52,849 nucleotides of DNA from a virus (taxonomy: Duplodnaviria > Caudoviricetes), in IMG/VR virus record IMGVR_UViG_3300025459_000009, positions 1-52,849 of that record; one strand, given 5' to 3'. Shown in pieces: positions 18,154-26,804 of this stretch. The notes beneath the pieces are model-generated. The model was not told where the DNA came from. It was given only the letters and a program-made list of their open reading frames with translations, and did not search any database. Made by a program: the position numbers and the translations under genes. Positions within the stretch are counted from its first letter, which is position 1. Each line of letters opens with the position of its first letter.

Positions 18154-19239
18154 TCATGGTAAGCCGCCTACAAACACGGCTTTTAAATGGTAATTGAAAG
18201 CCAATGCCATGCCTACGGTGTTATCCATGAGCATGACGGGTGAGGTAGAAGCGCTTCCCAAAGTGCTTTGCCTTACGTTACCTATCACGCCTGTCATCGT
18301 TTCGCTGTTGACGTTGCCAAAACCAAAAACTACGGTATCCGTAGTCTCGTCTGGTGTGACAGTCAGGCTTGCAGTACCACTCGACCCTGAACCAGTATTG
18401 CCTGCCAGAGCTATATCAACAGAAGTTGCTCCGCTGTATTCTGTGACAGCCATTGATGCTTGCCGAGAAGTTGTCCACGTAGCCTTGTAGCTAGTGACTC
18501 CAGCAGGAACGCTGGCTTGACTGAAGGCTTTAAGCGTGCCTATGCTTGGTCCAGCGGTCAGAGTATTGCCGAGATTATCCTTCACAGTAACTGTACCCGC
18601 CGATGCCCCTGTATTGAATAGAATGACTGCAGCATTCCCAGTGGTCGGAGTGTATGTTACGGTCAACGTAGTTGCCCCAGCGCTCTCCGAAGCTGTTGCT
18701 CCACCTACATACAGTGGGGATGCGACAGTTGAACGTAGACCAATTGCTAAGGCATCCCAAGCAGTCGAGGGCATCGTTGCAGAACACTCCGTTGTCGTTG
18801 TGTTCGCCGGAGGATTGCTTGTATAACCAATGCTCACACCGATGGCAACTCCTGCCAGTGCGTTCACCACACAGCTACCTGTTAAGCAGGAATTTATTGA
18901 GTTATCACTATTGCTGGGGGCAACTGTTCCGTCCTGCAACAGTAGTCCAGCCTTCAATGTGACGGGGACAAGACAATCTGCACAGGTGAAGTACACTGTT
19001 ACTGGACCAAGGGTGCTGGTTGGGGTAGCTATGCTACCGCCACTCGCAGGTTGCACCGTGCGTAGGTAGAGCGTGACCAGATAAAGACCGCTCACCTCCG
19101 GGGGAGGGATAAACACAGTTTCTGGTAATGCCGCAGTGATGCTGTAGCCCGACTGAGACAAAGTTAAAGCGGGTGCGACGGTGCCCGTGTCTGCGCTATA
19201 TGTAGCGATGGCTCCGTCTATGTATAATGGAAGTGCCAT
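18154..19239 (-). CDS. structural or fibre-associated protein with nested domains
   Basis: T/S/A-rich beta composition; resembles the C-terminal domain of 19313-22021. Confidence 0.6.
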   Translation of the reverse strand: MALPLYIDGAIATYSADTGTVAPALTLSQSGYSITAALPETVFIPPPEVSGLYLVTLYLRTVQPASGGSIATPTSTLGPVTVYFTCADCLVPVTLKAGLLLQDGTVAPSNSDNSINSCLTGSCVVNALAGVAIGVSIGYTSNPPANTTTTECSATMPSTAWDALAIGLRSTVASPLYVGGATASESAGATTLTVTYTPTTGNAAVILFNTGASAGTVTVKDNLGNTLTAGPSIGTLKAFSQASVPAGVTSYKATWTTSRQASMAVTEYSGATSVDIALAGNTGSGSSGTASLTVTPDETTDTVVFGFGNVNSETMTGVIGNVRQSTLGSASTSPVMLMDNTVGMALAFNYHLKAVFVGGLP

Positions 19240-19312
19240 GATGTTCTCCTAAGAACACCGTTTACGATTCTTGCGGTTTTATTCTTTCCGTATTCGGAGT
19301 TGTTTTCCTTTC

Positions 19313-22021
19313 TTAAGCTAGGTACTCGGCGTACACCGCTATGGAATAACTCATGGCTGTTGCTCCTGAGCCTGTTGTGGTATATCCAAAATTATAGGTG
19401 ATCGCCGTTGCTGCTTTTGCGTACACATACAGATCGCCGGATATAGTCGTCCCCGTGGTGTTGCCCGCAGAGATGGTCGGAGTGGTTGGGTTGCTCGTCT
19501 TTGCTACGGAGTCATCAGGGTCTGTGAAATTCACAGCAAAACCTGTCACTCCACCGAGTACGCTGGATACTGTGTCAACCCGTGTGATATACGCGACGTA
19601 GGAAATGCGCCACATGCCCGCAGCCGCCGAAGCAACAAGGCTTACCGCAGACTGTGCAGCTTGCTGCCCTGTCAACTTCGTAGGTGCTGCAAGGATGGAA
19701 GGTACACCGGCATTGACCGTTGCGTTGCCGCCTACCACGGTTGGAACACCTTTATTGCTAACCCTAAACTCTGGGGTAGTACCAGCAGAACCAGCATAGC
19801 AATCAATTAGGCTATTGTTGACACCTGCAATAACTGCTGTCTCAACTACTGAAACGTTCAGACCAGTGTATGTTCCAAGAGACGGGTTCCATGCACCAAA
19901 TAGGACGTTACCGTTACAGGCAGCTTGTGCTTTAGCAGTCAGTCCCACGGTCGTCATCGTTAGAACAGTAGCAGTCGCAGAAGCCACAACCCACGTTCCG
20001 TTCAGACCAGTAAAGCCTGACGTGGAGACGTTGGCAATCGTGACACTTGCGCCCGTCACATAACCAGCGGTAGAACCAATCGTCACCGCAGCAGACGTCG
20101 CGCTGGTGATAACTGCGCTGGTGATTGTCGGTCCAACCGATGTGTTGTTGATGGTTGGGTTTAGTTTCAAACTTGCGAAGTTCGCATAGCCGGAAGTAGG
20201 AGCGAAGGTAGCAGTTTCAAATAAGTCTGCCTGAAGACCACTCACGCCTGTAAAGGGAGTTTGTGCTTGGAACGCTGTACCATAAACCGCCGTTCCACCG
20301 CCCGGTTGCATAAACAGGTACTCGTTACTCTGCCCCGTTTGTAATCCAAAAAAATTAGAGGTAGTGTTGCTGGTTACGTACCCCACTAAGGTAGTGCTGG
20401 CGTAAATACGAAAACCTGCGCTAGCACTGCCAGCAGGAACAAACACCGCAGGAACACCGGCTGCAATCCAGCCAAAGCCTGAAGTTGTGTCTGTTCCGAA
20501 GATTAGGGAAGGTGAAGGATTGTTGCTGTTAAAGCCGATAGATGGGATGCTAACATGCATGACCCCAGTACTGCCGCTGTGTGCAATAGTCAGCGTGCTA
20601 ATACCATTTGTGCCCGCAGCAATTGAAGAACCGAGGGTCCACGTATCTGCCGCCGATCCAGAACCAGTATAATAGTTCGCAGCAAGGTTTATAGAAGGAC
20701 TGTAAAGCACCGTCGAACCTGTTGCAGCCGTGGTATTAGCCCACGTCCACAAAGTTCCTGCGGCTGTCGTAGCCGTCTGCTGTTGAAAAGTAGTCGTATA
20801 CGCGACGTTGTTAAGCGTAAGATTAGCTGTTGCTGCGACAAGAGAAGACCAAGCAACCGCGAGGCTTCCGGGGGCAGTCCACGTCATGCTGGTAGAGCCG
20901 CCCGCCTGCGATGTAAGCACCGAGCCAGCCGCACCTACAGTAATGGGCAAGTTGAAATTGTATGCAGTTAATGCGCCCAGATTCTGGAGAGTGATCGTCG
21001 CACCCGCTGCGGCACTAGTCGCCAATCCAAGGGTGCCTGCGACTGAGGTATTTAAACCTAATACGGGTGTAGCCGTATATCCCGGCCCTGCGGCACTACC
21101 TGTTGCGTTGCCGAGAACGGTTCCTGCGGATGCGTTGCTCAATGCGAACGTCAAAGCGGGCGTAGTCGTAGCTGTCGCTACTGAGGTTGTAAACAGTGGT
21201 GAGAGGCCACCCGCGCTGAAACTAGTCACCGTCCCAGACGTAGCTGGCGCAGCCCAAACAGGATTTCCTGAACCGTCAACCGTCAACACATTGCCCGACG
21301 AACCCGTCGAGCCTGCTGAATCTTTCAGACCAGCGGCGGATGATTCAAGAGTCAATACACCTGTCATCGTGCCGCCCGCTTCAGGTAAGAAGCCCGCAGC
21401 GATGGCCGCTGTCGCAATAGAACCAGCGACAAACGATGTCGTACCGCCTACCGTGAGATTCGTGATAGAAATTGACGGTGTACCCGTCAGACCGCTTGCG
21501 ACGGTAGCGGTCGCTGCATTGCCCGTGCAGCTTCCTGAAGAACCTGTCGTACTCGCAGCGTTATTAGGTATGTCACCGCTAACCAAGGCACGAAATGCGG
21601 CTGCGCCAGAGCCACCCGATCCCGGTCCCGCTAAGACATAGTTCTGGCTTTGTGACGCGAAGGCTGAAAGTGTCAACGTCCCACCCAGAGTTGCAGGGGA
21701 GCCTGTGACAGTGAATAACCCTGTGCTGTCCGCTAAACTAATGGTGTCCGAGGCAAGGGCTGCGATGGCTATGGAACCTGCTTTGAAAGAAGTTGTGCCC
21801 GATATTACAAGGTTGGTAATGTCAACAGTAGACGGAAATGAAAGCGTCCACGAACCTGACGTAGTAATCGGGCTGCTGCCCGTGACAGTAATCTGGTTGG
21901 CTGTTCCTACAAGACCTACACTGGTGATTCCCCCACCCCCCACTGCGGCTGTTGTTTGTAACGTGCCATCGGGGAAGCGTACTCCAAGTTGAAAACAACT
22001 AGCAGTTTTTGAGGCAACCAT
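19313..22021 (-). CDS. tail fibre / receptor-binding protein
   Basis: 902 aa, G/S/T/A-rich; FPDGTLQTTA, FRALVSGDIP, AGGTMTGVL and GTVTS fibre motifs. Confidence 0.75.
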   Translation of the reverse strand: MVASKTASCFQLGVRFPDGTLQTTAAVGGGGITSVGLVGTANQITVTGSSPITTSGSWTLSFPSTVDITNLVISGTTSFKAGSIAIAALASDTISLADSTGLFTVTGSPATLGGTLTLSAFASQSQNYVLAGPGSGGSGAAAFRALVSGDIPNNAASTTGSSGSCTGNAATATVASGLTGTPSISITNLTVGGTTSFVAGSIATAAIAAGFLPEAGGTMTGVLTLESSAAGLKDSAGSTGSSGNVLTVDGSGNPVWAAPATSGTVTSFSAGGLSPLFTTSVATATTTPALTFALSNASAGTVLGNATGSAAGPGYTATPVLGLNTSVAGTLGLATSAAAGATITLQNLGALTAYNFNLPITVGAAGSVLTSQAGGSTSMTWTAPGSLAVAWSSLVAATANLTLNNVAYTTTFQQQTATTAAGTLWTWANTTAATGSTVLYSPSINLAANYYTGSGSAADTWTLGSSIAAGTNGISTLTIAHSGSTGVMHVSIPSIGFNSNNPSPSLIFGTDTTSGFGWIAAGVPAVFVPAGSASAGFRIYASTTLVGYVTSNTTSNFFGLQTGQSNEYLFMQPGGGTAVYGTAFQAQTPFTGVSGLQADLFETATFAPTSGYANFASLKLNPTINNTSVGPTITSAVITSATSAAVTIGSTAGYVTGASVTIANVSTSGFTGLNGTWVVASATATVLTMTTVGLTAKAQAACNGNVLFGAWNPSLGTYTGLNVSVVETAVIAGVNNSLIDCYAGSAGTTPEFRVSNKGVPTVVGGNATVNAGVPSILAAPTKLTGQQAAQSAVSLVASAAAGMWRISYVAYITRVDTVSSVLGGVTGFAVNFTDPDDSVAKTSNPTTPTISAGNTTGTTISGDLYVYAKAATAITYNFGYTTTGSGATAMSYSIAVYAEYLA

Positions 22022-22030
22022 ACGACCTTT

Positions 22031-22270
22031 CTAATTCCGGTCAGTGAACTCAAGTGAGGTCATCTGAAATTCAACCTTCGCATCTTTCGGGATGCCGTTC
22101 TCCGTGCCGATGCTCTGCACGATGTTGAACAAGTTCTGCTCAACCTGCTTGATGGCAGCGGCGGCTTGCTCTTTGATCTGCGTCAACTGAAACTGTGCTT
22201 CACGGACCTTTAGCTTTTGTTCAGATGACAAGGGTTGGTATTTCTGTTGTTCGCTGATATCTGCACTCAT
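22031..22270 (-). CDS. small coiled-coil protein
   Basis: AGGAGG RBS before MSADIS. Confidence 0.6.
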   Translation of the reverse strand: MSADISEQQKYQPLSSEQKLKVREAQFQLTQIKEQAAAAIKQVEQNLFNIVQSIGTENGIPKDAKVEFQMTSLEFTDRN

Positions 22271-22299
22271 GTTTCCTCCTTTGTACACGTACAACTAAA

Positions 22300-22377
22300 T
22301 GGTCGGGACAGAGCGATTTGAACGCCCGTTATTCTTGCTCCCAAAGCAAGTGCCATACCAAGCTAGGCGATGCCCCG
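22300..22377 (-). tRNA. tRNA-Pro (anticodon TGG) with encoded CCA
   Basis: CGGGGCA/TGTCCCG acceptor, CTTGC-TTTGGGA-GCAAG anticodon arm, GTTCAAATC T loop, ACCA end. Confidence 0.92.
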
Positions 22378-22384
22378 TTGGTCT

Positions 22385-22591
22385 CTATTGTTTTACTGGA
22401 ATTGCCGCGAGCGGGCGCGTAACTGCTGGGGCCGCTTTCGGCGCGAACGCTGCGGTCAGTGCCGCCCACTTCGCAGAGATATCGGCTACGGTCGCTTCGT
22501 GCGCTGCAATACGTGCGTTTAATTGCTCGATTGTCGCGGCGTGCTCCTGCACTTGTGTGACGAGAGAATCTATCTGTGAACCGACGGTCAT
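22385..22591 (-). CDS. small coiled-coil protein
   Basis: AAAGGA RBS; heptad pattern. Confidence 0.6.
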   Translation of the reverse strand: MTVGSQIDSLVTQVQEHAATIEQLNARIAAHEATVADISAKWAALTAAFAPKAAPAVTRPLAAIPVKQ

Positions 22592-22604
22592 GTGTTCCTT
22601 TCAG

Positions 22605-22712
22605 AATTTGTGCCCACTCCCTCACGGGCCGGTGGGCTGTCGGGTCAGATGTCACCTTAGGGCGACCAACGCTCTGACGGGCGAACTTGGTGGACAAAAC
22701 CGCCGCCCACGC
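22605..22712 (-). ncRNA. candidate structured RNA (unassigned)
   Basis: Stems GGGCG/CGCCC, GTCAGA/TCTGAC, GTCGCC/GGTGAC and GCCCAC/GTGGGC in an intergenic gap. Confidence 0.4.
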
Positions 22713-22808
22713 TTATTCTTTCGTTGCGATCTGGTACAAGGCTTTCAGCCCGACCAAGGTAAAAGCGATGATCGCCACGTCTACAATGACTTCCAGAAAA
22801 TTTTGCAT
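22713..22808 (-). CDS. small TM protein (31 aa)
   Basis: MQNFLEVIVDVAIIAFTLVGLKALYQIATKE; TAATG overlap. Confidence 0.5.
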   Translation of the reverse strand: MQNFLEVIVDVAIIAFTLVGLKALYQIATKE

Positions 22809-23545
22809 TAAACCCCCATTGCGTGACCCGCCCAGAGTCCTGAAATGAACCCGAGAACGAATCCTCGCTTGAACCACTTCACGCTATTCTTATGGCCTTC
22901 TGCCTTGACTGCCGCGACTTGAGCAGTACATGCCTTCGTCTGGTCGGCCAACTGCGTATTCAGTCCGGTCACTTGCGCGTTCAAATCGTTCGTGAGCAAA
23001 TCACCTTTCTGGACTTCCGCGAGATAGTTGCCCGCGATTTTTGTTTCGTCGGCCAAGTTCTGTACGAGTACAGGGACTTGTTCGAGCATGTCCAGCGTCT
23101 TGTGTGCGTCGGCTTCCGACACTATGATTGTGTTTCCCGAGGGTGTCACCAGTGTACCAGCGATGTCATCCCATCGAGCAGCCACACCCGCGACCGGCAA
23201 TGAGGCATCCGTCGTCCGTTGTGCCACGCCAGATGCTGTTCTTTGGGCAATAGAGGCGTTTAGGCTAGCATTTTGGGCAGCAAGGGCCTGAACCAGTGCT
23301 TGATATTGCTGGGTCATCTGGGACGTCGCTAGGGCTTGGGCGGCACTGTTCGCCTTTGCGTCGGCAAGCTGTTGTTGGGCAGCGGTGTACTTTGCATCAG
23401 CCCGAGCCGCTTCGACGTTATAGACCTTGTCGAGACCGAACGTCCCGAAGGCTAGAACTAATGCAACAATGATAATCCGTTCATGTTGTAGCAGCCAACT
23501 TTTCGTCTCTGTTATAGGGGTAGAAGCTGGCGGGGTTGTGCTCAT
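22808..23545 (-). CDS. membrane-anchored coiled-coil protein (spanin-like?)
   Basis: N-terminal TM, long coiled coil, C-terminal hydrophobic GxxxG segment. Confidence 0.5.
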   Translation of the reverse strand: MSTTPPASTPITETKSWLLQHERIIIVALVLAFGTFGLDKVYNVEAARADAKYTAAQQQLADAKANSAAQALATSQMTQQYQALVQALAAQNASLNASIAQRTASGVAQRTTDASLPVAGVAARWDDIAGTLVTPSGNTIIVSEADAHKTLDMLEQVPVLVQNLADETKIAGNYLAEVQKGDLLTNDLNAQVTGLNTQLADQTKACTAQVAAVKAEGHKNSVKWFKRGFVLGFISGLWAGHAMGV

Positions 23546-23553
23546 GTTTCCTC

Positions 23554-23844
23554 CTATTGCACCATCAAGCCCATTGCATTCACTACGAGTTTATCACCCG
23601 CAGAGCCATAACCGGGACTGTACATATATACAATTGCGTCAAAGCCTGCGGCAGTCTTGTTGTGCATATCGCCCGTGAAATAATCGAGGTCAATAGCGGA
23701 ATCCCTATCCTCAACACCCCATGCAGCGCCATAATTTGCGTTGGGCGTCTCCGAACGCCATAGAACAGGGATTACACACCATCCTTGGTTCACGTCCGCT
23801 TGTGTCACGGTGTAATTTACTGATTGAACTGAAACTGTTGCCAT
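23554..23844 (-). CDS. small beta protein, paralog of 23933-24595
   Basis: YTVTQADV..LW..NY..W..LDYFTGDMH.K..GF aligns with the upstream gene. Confidence 0.65.
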   Translation of the reverse strand: MATVSVQSVNYTVTQADVNQGWCVIPVLWRSETPNANYGAAWGVEDRDSAIDLDYFTGDMHNKTAAGFDAIVYMYSPGYGSAGDKLVVNAMGLMVQ

Positions 23845-23884
23845 AAATTCTCCTACTTCGATTTCACATGCTCTGGGAGTTTCT
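23840..23884. repeat. 45 bp perfect direct repeat, copy A
   Basis: GCCATAAATTCTCCTACTTCGATTTCACATGCTCTGGGAGTTTCT, identical to 24591-24635. Confidence 0.95.
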
Positions 23885-23915
23885 TACCCGTAGTTGTCGT
23901 TGTCGTTGTTGCCAT
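23853..23915 (-). CDS. mini-ORF MATTTTTTTGKKLPEHVKSK
   Basis: AGGAGGAG RBS; ends in the repeat. Confidence 0.45.
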   Translation of the reverse strand: MATTTTTTTGKKLPEHVKSK

Positions 23916-23932
23916 ACTCCTCCTGCTAGACC

Positions 23933-24595
23933 TTACCTGTGTGATGCCATCGCCTCAATCGTTACTTTCGCTCCCACTTCGGGAATGACCGCATTGTTGG
24001 GCATCTGCACGATACGTACAGCGACGTTCATCGGGAAGGAGCCGCCCACATAAGTTCCAGTCAGTGTAATCGGTGTGTTGGCCTCTGCGTAGAACGGAAT
24101 CGAATAGCTCTGATAGTTGTTGACATCCCCACCCGTGGCCACACCTAAATAGGGGTTAGTCAATTCCAGTGCGTTGCCTGCGGGGTCGGTCCAACGCATC
24201 GTCGGATACCATGTCTCTCCGCTGTTTCCGGTGTTGTCAGATGGCCCGTAATAAAAGGTCACTTGATACAACGTTTTGAACAGGGCGATAACCGAGATCA
24301 AATTGCCCGACGGCACGATACCTGCGGTCAAGTCATACTGTCCTTGAATCAATGGTGCCGCTGCGGGGAGTGTCACGACTGCGATAAATCCGTCTGGTCG
24401 TTTGAAATGTATATCACCCGTCGAATAGTCCAGACTCAGATAGTTCTGGCCAATATCGTTGATGCTCCATGCGATGTTGTAGTTCGTGTCGTTGAACGGC
24501 GAGTCCCACAACATGTCTACTCCAAAATATCCGTTGGTGATGTCCAGCTGTGTTATGGCGTAAGTCGTTCGTGCCATCGTTGAAATGTTAGCCAT
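23933..24595 (-). CDS. beta protein with inserted jelly-roll-like domain
   Basis: Paralog of 23554-23844 plus ~120 aa insertion. Confidence 0.65.
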   Translation of the reverse strand: MANISTMARTTYAITQLDITNGYFGVDMLWDSPFNDTNYNIAWSINDIGQNYLSLDYSTGDIHFKRPDGFIAVVTLPAAAPLIQGQYDLTAGIVPSGNLISVIALFKTLYQVTFYYGPSDNTGNSGETWYPTMRWTDPAGNALELTNPYLGVATGGDVNNYQSYSIPFYAEANTPITLTGTYVGGSFPMNVAVRIVQMPNNAVIPEVGAKVTIEAMASHR

Positions 24596-24635
24596 AAATT
24601 CTCCTACTTCGATTTCACATGCTCTGGGAGTTTCT
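24591..24635. repeat. 45 bp perfect direct repeat, copy B
   Basis: Identical to 23840-23884. Confidence 0.95.
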
Positions 24636-24687
24636 GATATCGTTCTCGCATGTAACGTTTGTGGGATTCGTAGTCTTTGCGTGGCAT
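24604..24687 (-). pseudogene. chimeric mini-ORF MPRKDYESHKRYMRERYQKLPEHVKSK
   Basis: N-terminus resembles the basic starts of phage homing endonucleases; C-terminus lies in the repeat. Confidence 0.45.
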
Positions 24688-24969
24688 TTACTTTTTCTTT
24701 TTAACTTTATAAGGTAGCGAACGGCCCTTGGTACTAGCGTCCCATTCTGCGAGACCTTTCTTTCCCAATTTTTCGGGGTGAGCGTGCAGGAAACCTTGCT
24801 GAGCAATTGAGGCAAAAGGGTTGTTCGATACTAGATTCCCACCATGCGGGCCTACACCAATTTCAACTTTCACTCCCCGCGTACGGGAGACTATTGTGTC
24901 ATGCTCCGCAGTTGACATCCCATGGAGTTTCGAACGGTCGGCTTTACCACAGCCTGTTAATTTAGGCAT
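24688..24969 (-). CDS. small basic protein (DUF3008-like C-terminal half)
   Basis: PFASIAQQGF..EWDASTKGRSLPYKVK. Confidence 0.55.
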   Translation of the reverse strand: MPKLTGCGKADRSKLHGMSTAEHDTIVSRTRGVKVEIGVGPHGGNLVSNNPFASIAQQGFLHAHPEKLGKKGLAEWDASTKGRSLPYKVKKKK

Positions 24970-24971
24970 AC

Positions 24972-25328
24972 CTATTTTCGCTTTCTGCTTGGCGTCTTAG
25001 GCCCGCAAGCTCTCATTCTCTCTTTGATTACAGCTAACTGCGTCAACACACCTTGCCACACTTCCAGATTCTTCGTCTGTTGGTCTGCGAGGGTAGCTTG
25101 TACCATGTCGATTTTGCCTGATTGACCAGCGATCAATTCATTTGTTTTGCGAGTCTCAACTTCGGTGTTCGTTGTAGCCTGTTCAATATGCACCAAATGA
25201 TTGTCAAGCAATCGAGAAGCCCACTCGGATACATTTTTCTTCCCGCTAGTATAAGCTTTTACAATCAACAAAAATGCTGAGACCATCGGAAGCCAATAAC
25301 GGATTTGCTCTGCGAATGTATATGTCAT
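24972..25328 (-). CDS. N-terminal TM plus coiled coil (holin/antiholin-like)
   Basis: YWLPMVSAFLLIV; DNHLVHI; helical tail. Confidence 0.5.
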   Translation of the reverse strand: MTYTFAEQIRYWLPMVSAFLLIVKAYTSGKKNVSEWASRLLDNHLVHIEQATTNTEVETRKTNELIAGQSGKIDMVQATLADQQTKNLEVWQGVLTQLAVIKERMRACGPKTPSRKRK

Positions 25329-25939
25329 TTGATTTTATACCCACTCTTTCCTTTATTCCACGGAATGTGCCCTAAGTGGGAATTCCTCAATCTTTGGCGA
25401 GTTTCCGCCGACACTATCTTACCCATATTGGCTTTACTAATCTTATCTCGGGTTTCTTGAGAAGTTTCATGACCGACCATAGCTATACGAAATTTTCGGA
25501 GGGACTCTGCGGATCGTTTTAACCCCATATGACTCAACCCATTCTTACGCCGGTGTTCTTCTGACTGTGGTCCTCGTCTCAGTCCGAGGGCGTAAGTGTT
25601 CCCCATCTGCGCTCTACTAATCTTTGCTGCGGTTTCAGGAGTTGCTCGCGTACCCTCACCACCATATGTACAGTTGTATCCGTGTAGTTTATCTGCGGAT
25701 TTATATACATAGATGCTGGCAATCTCTGCTAGGCTTAACTCCTCGTCACTCTCATGATGACTGAGTTCCTCAATCTGAAAATTATCTTCACCATATTTAC
25801 GAATGGCACGACAAAGGGCCAGATTATCTCCCCTTCTGGCACTACTTTTATGCTGGCTAAATCGCCAAGATATCGAACGAATCGTTTGACCAACATAAAC
25901 TTTTCCGTTAATCAAATTCGTTATCAGATAGACAACCAT
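25325..25939 (-). CDS. GIY-YIG homing endonuclease with NUMOD3 repeats
   Basis: VYLITNLINGKVYVGQT..R..H..GYN; SEEHRRK, SQETRDKIS, PWNKG. Confidence 0.9.
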   Translation of the reverse strand: MVVYLITNLINGKVYVGQTIRSISWRFSQHKSSARRGDNLALCRAIRKYGEDNFQIEELSHHESDEELSLAEIASIYVYKSADKLHGYNCTYGGEGTRATPETAAKISRAQMGNTYALGLRRGPQSEEHRRKNGLSHMGLKRSAESLRKFRIAMVGHETSQETRDKISKANMGKIVSAETRQRLRNSHLGHIPWNKGKSGYKIK

Positions 25940-25947
25940 AAAACTTC

Positions 25948-26211
25948 CTAATTCTCCGACTCTTGAATCGCGGGATGGCTCTTAGGAACGCCATGACCGA
26001 TAGGTGCTCGCGGGCCTTCATTCTCGAAGTGTTCTTCTAAGGGATGCTTCGGAATGAGTTTGCTGGTAGGATTGCTTATGTCCATCTTCACATACTGTTT
26101 CTTTGGAAGGTCTGGATTGTCTGTATCCATCTTCGGCGCAATGTTCTTGGGATTCGGGATGACCCTAGTTCCCTCGGCGGGTTTGGTGCTCAAATAGATA
26201 TCATCGGCCAT
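25948..26211 (-). CDS. hypothetical Pro-rich protein
   Basis: Start MADDIY. Confidence 0.5.
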   Translation of the reverse strand: MADDIYLSTKPAEGTRVIPNPKNIAPKMDTDNPDLPKKQYVKMDISNPTSKLIPKHPLEEHFENEGPRAPIGHGVPKSHPAIQESEN

Positions 26212-26341
26212 GTGGCCCCATTTCTCTCCTCGACAATTTCTGTTCCGCTTCCAAGCGGGCTTTCTCTCGTTGACACCGTGACCACGCCATTCCATATGCG
26301 ACCGCGAGTGTGAAGGCGAGTGCCGCCAAATAGGTTTCCAT
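26201..26341 (-). CDS. small TM protein (46 aa)
   Basis: AGGAG RBS; METYLAALAFTLAVAYGMAW... Confidence 0.55.
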   Translation of the reverse strand: METYLAALAFTLAVAYGMAWSRCQREKARLEAEQKLSRREMGPHGR

Positions 26342-26347
26342 GGTGTC

Positions 26348-26440
26348 TCCTACGTGCTCGACCAGTCCCGGCCTGTGGTCGTGCTCGAACGGTGGAATAA
26401 CGATGGGGCTTGCGGCCCAACACCGACCGGACGTTCATGT
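26348..26440 (-). ncRNA. candidate structured RNA (unassigned)
   Basis: Stems GAACG/CGTTC, CGGTG/CATCG, GGGC/GCCC, CGACCA/TGGTCG; possible TCCGGT:GCCGGG pseudoknot. Confidence 0.4.
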
Positions 26441-26447
26441 TCAGGCG

Positions 26448-26804
26448 TTAGCCTGAAACCTTAACAGTTGCTCCACGGGCGATTGGTGCGCCCGCGTCTT
26501 CCAGTTCCATTTGCAGAATTGCCAATGCCCGCCACACCATCTTTGCGGAGTGTCGAACACCATCCGTATCTATCGTTCCCCGTTCCGCGAAATGCCGAAG
26601 CATCGTATCGGAATGGTCGGTAGATTTACCACGCTCCCAATGTACCGGTGTGCCGGGGTTATGTTGCTCGTTCCCAAAGAAAGATACCTTCGAGACTTCG
26701 ATTAGTGCGCTGGTGAAATAGTCGAACATCCCACTTGCGAGCGGAATGCGTTTACGTTCTTTCGCGTCCTGTGGTAGCAGGGTCACGGCTTTCTTTTCGA
26801 TCAC
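26448..26804 (-). CDS. dATP/dGTP diphosphohydrolase domain (DUF5664-like)
   Basis: ALIEVSKVS..GN..WERGKS..MLRH..DTDGVRH.A..WRALA.LQ. Confidence 0.75.
   Translation of the reverse strand: MIEKKAVTLLPQDAKERKRIPLASGMFDYFTSALIEVSKVSFFGNEQHNPGTPVHWERGKSTDHSDTMLRHFAERGTIDTDGVRHSAKMVWRALAILQMELEDAGAPIARGATVKVSG

Noticed and set aside
19240-19312. SD-like GAAAGGAAAA with no start codon, a possible deleted-gene scar
   Set aside because: Too short for recognisable homology
20808-21641. Long + strand ORFs opposite structural genes (also 28086-28901 and 40580-41233)
   Set aside because: Antisense shadows of biased-codon genes; no RBS or recognisable motifs
14748-22021. Diversity-generating retroelement acting on fibres or paralogs
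   Set aside because: No reverse transcriptase in the window and no adenine-specific TR/VR pair seen
22270-22300. tRNA-associated theta (HDV-like) ribozyme
   Set aside because: Only ~30 nt follow the CCA, containing the next RBS; no nested pseudoknot
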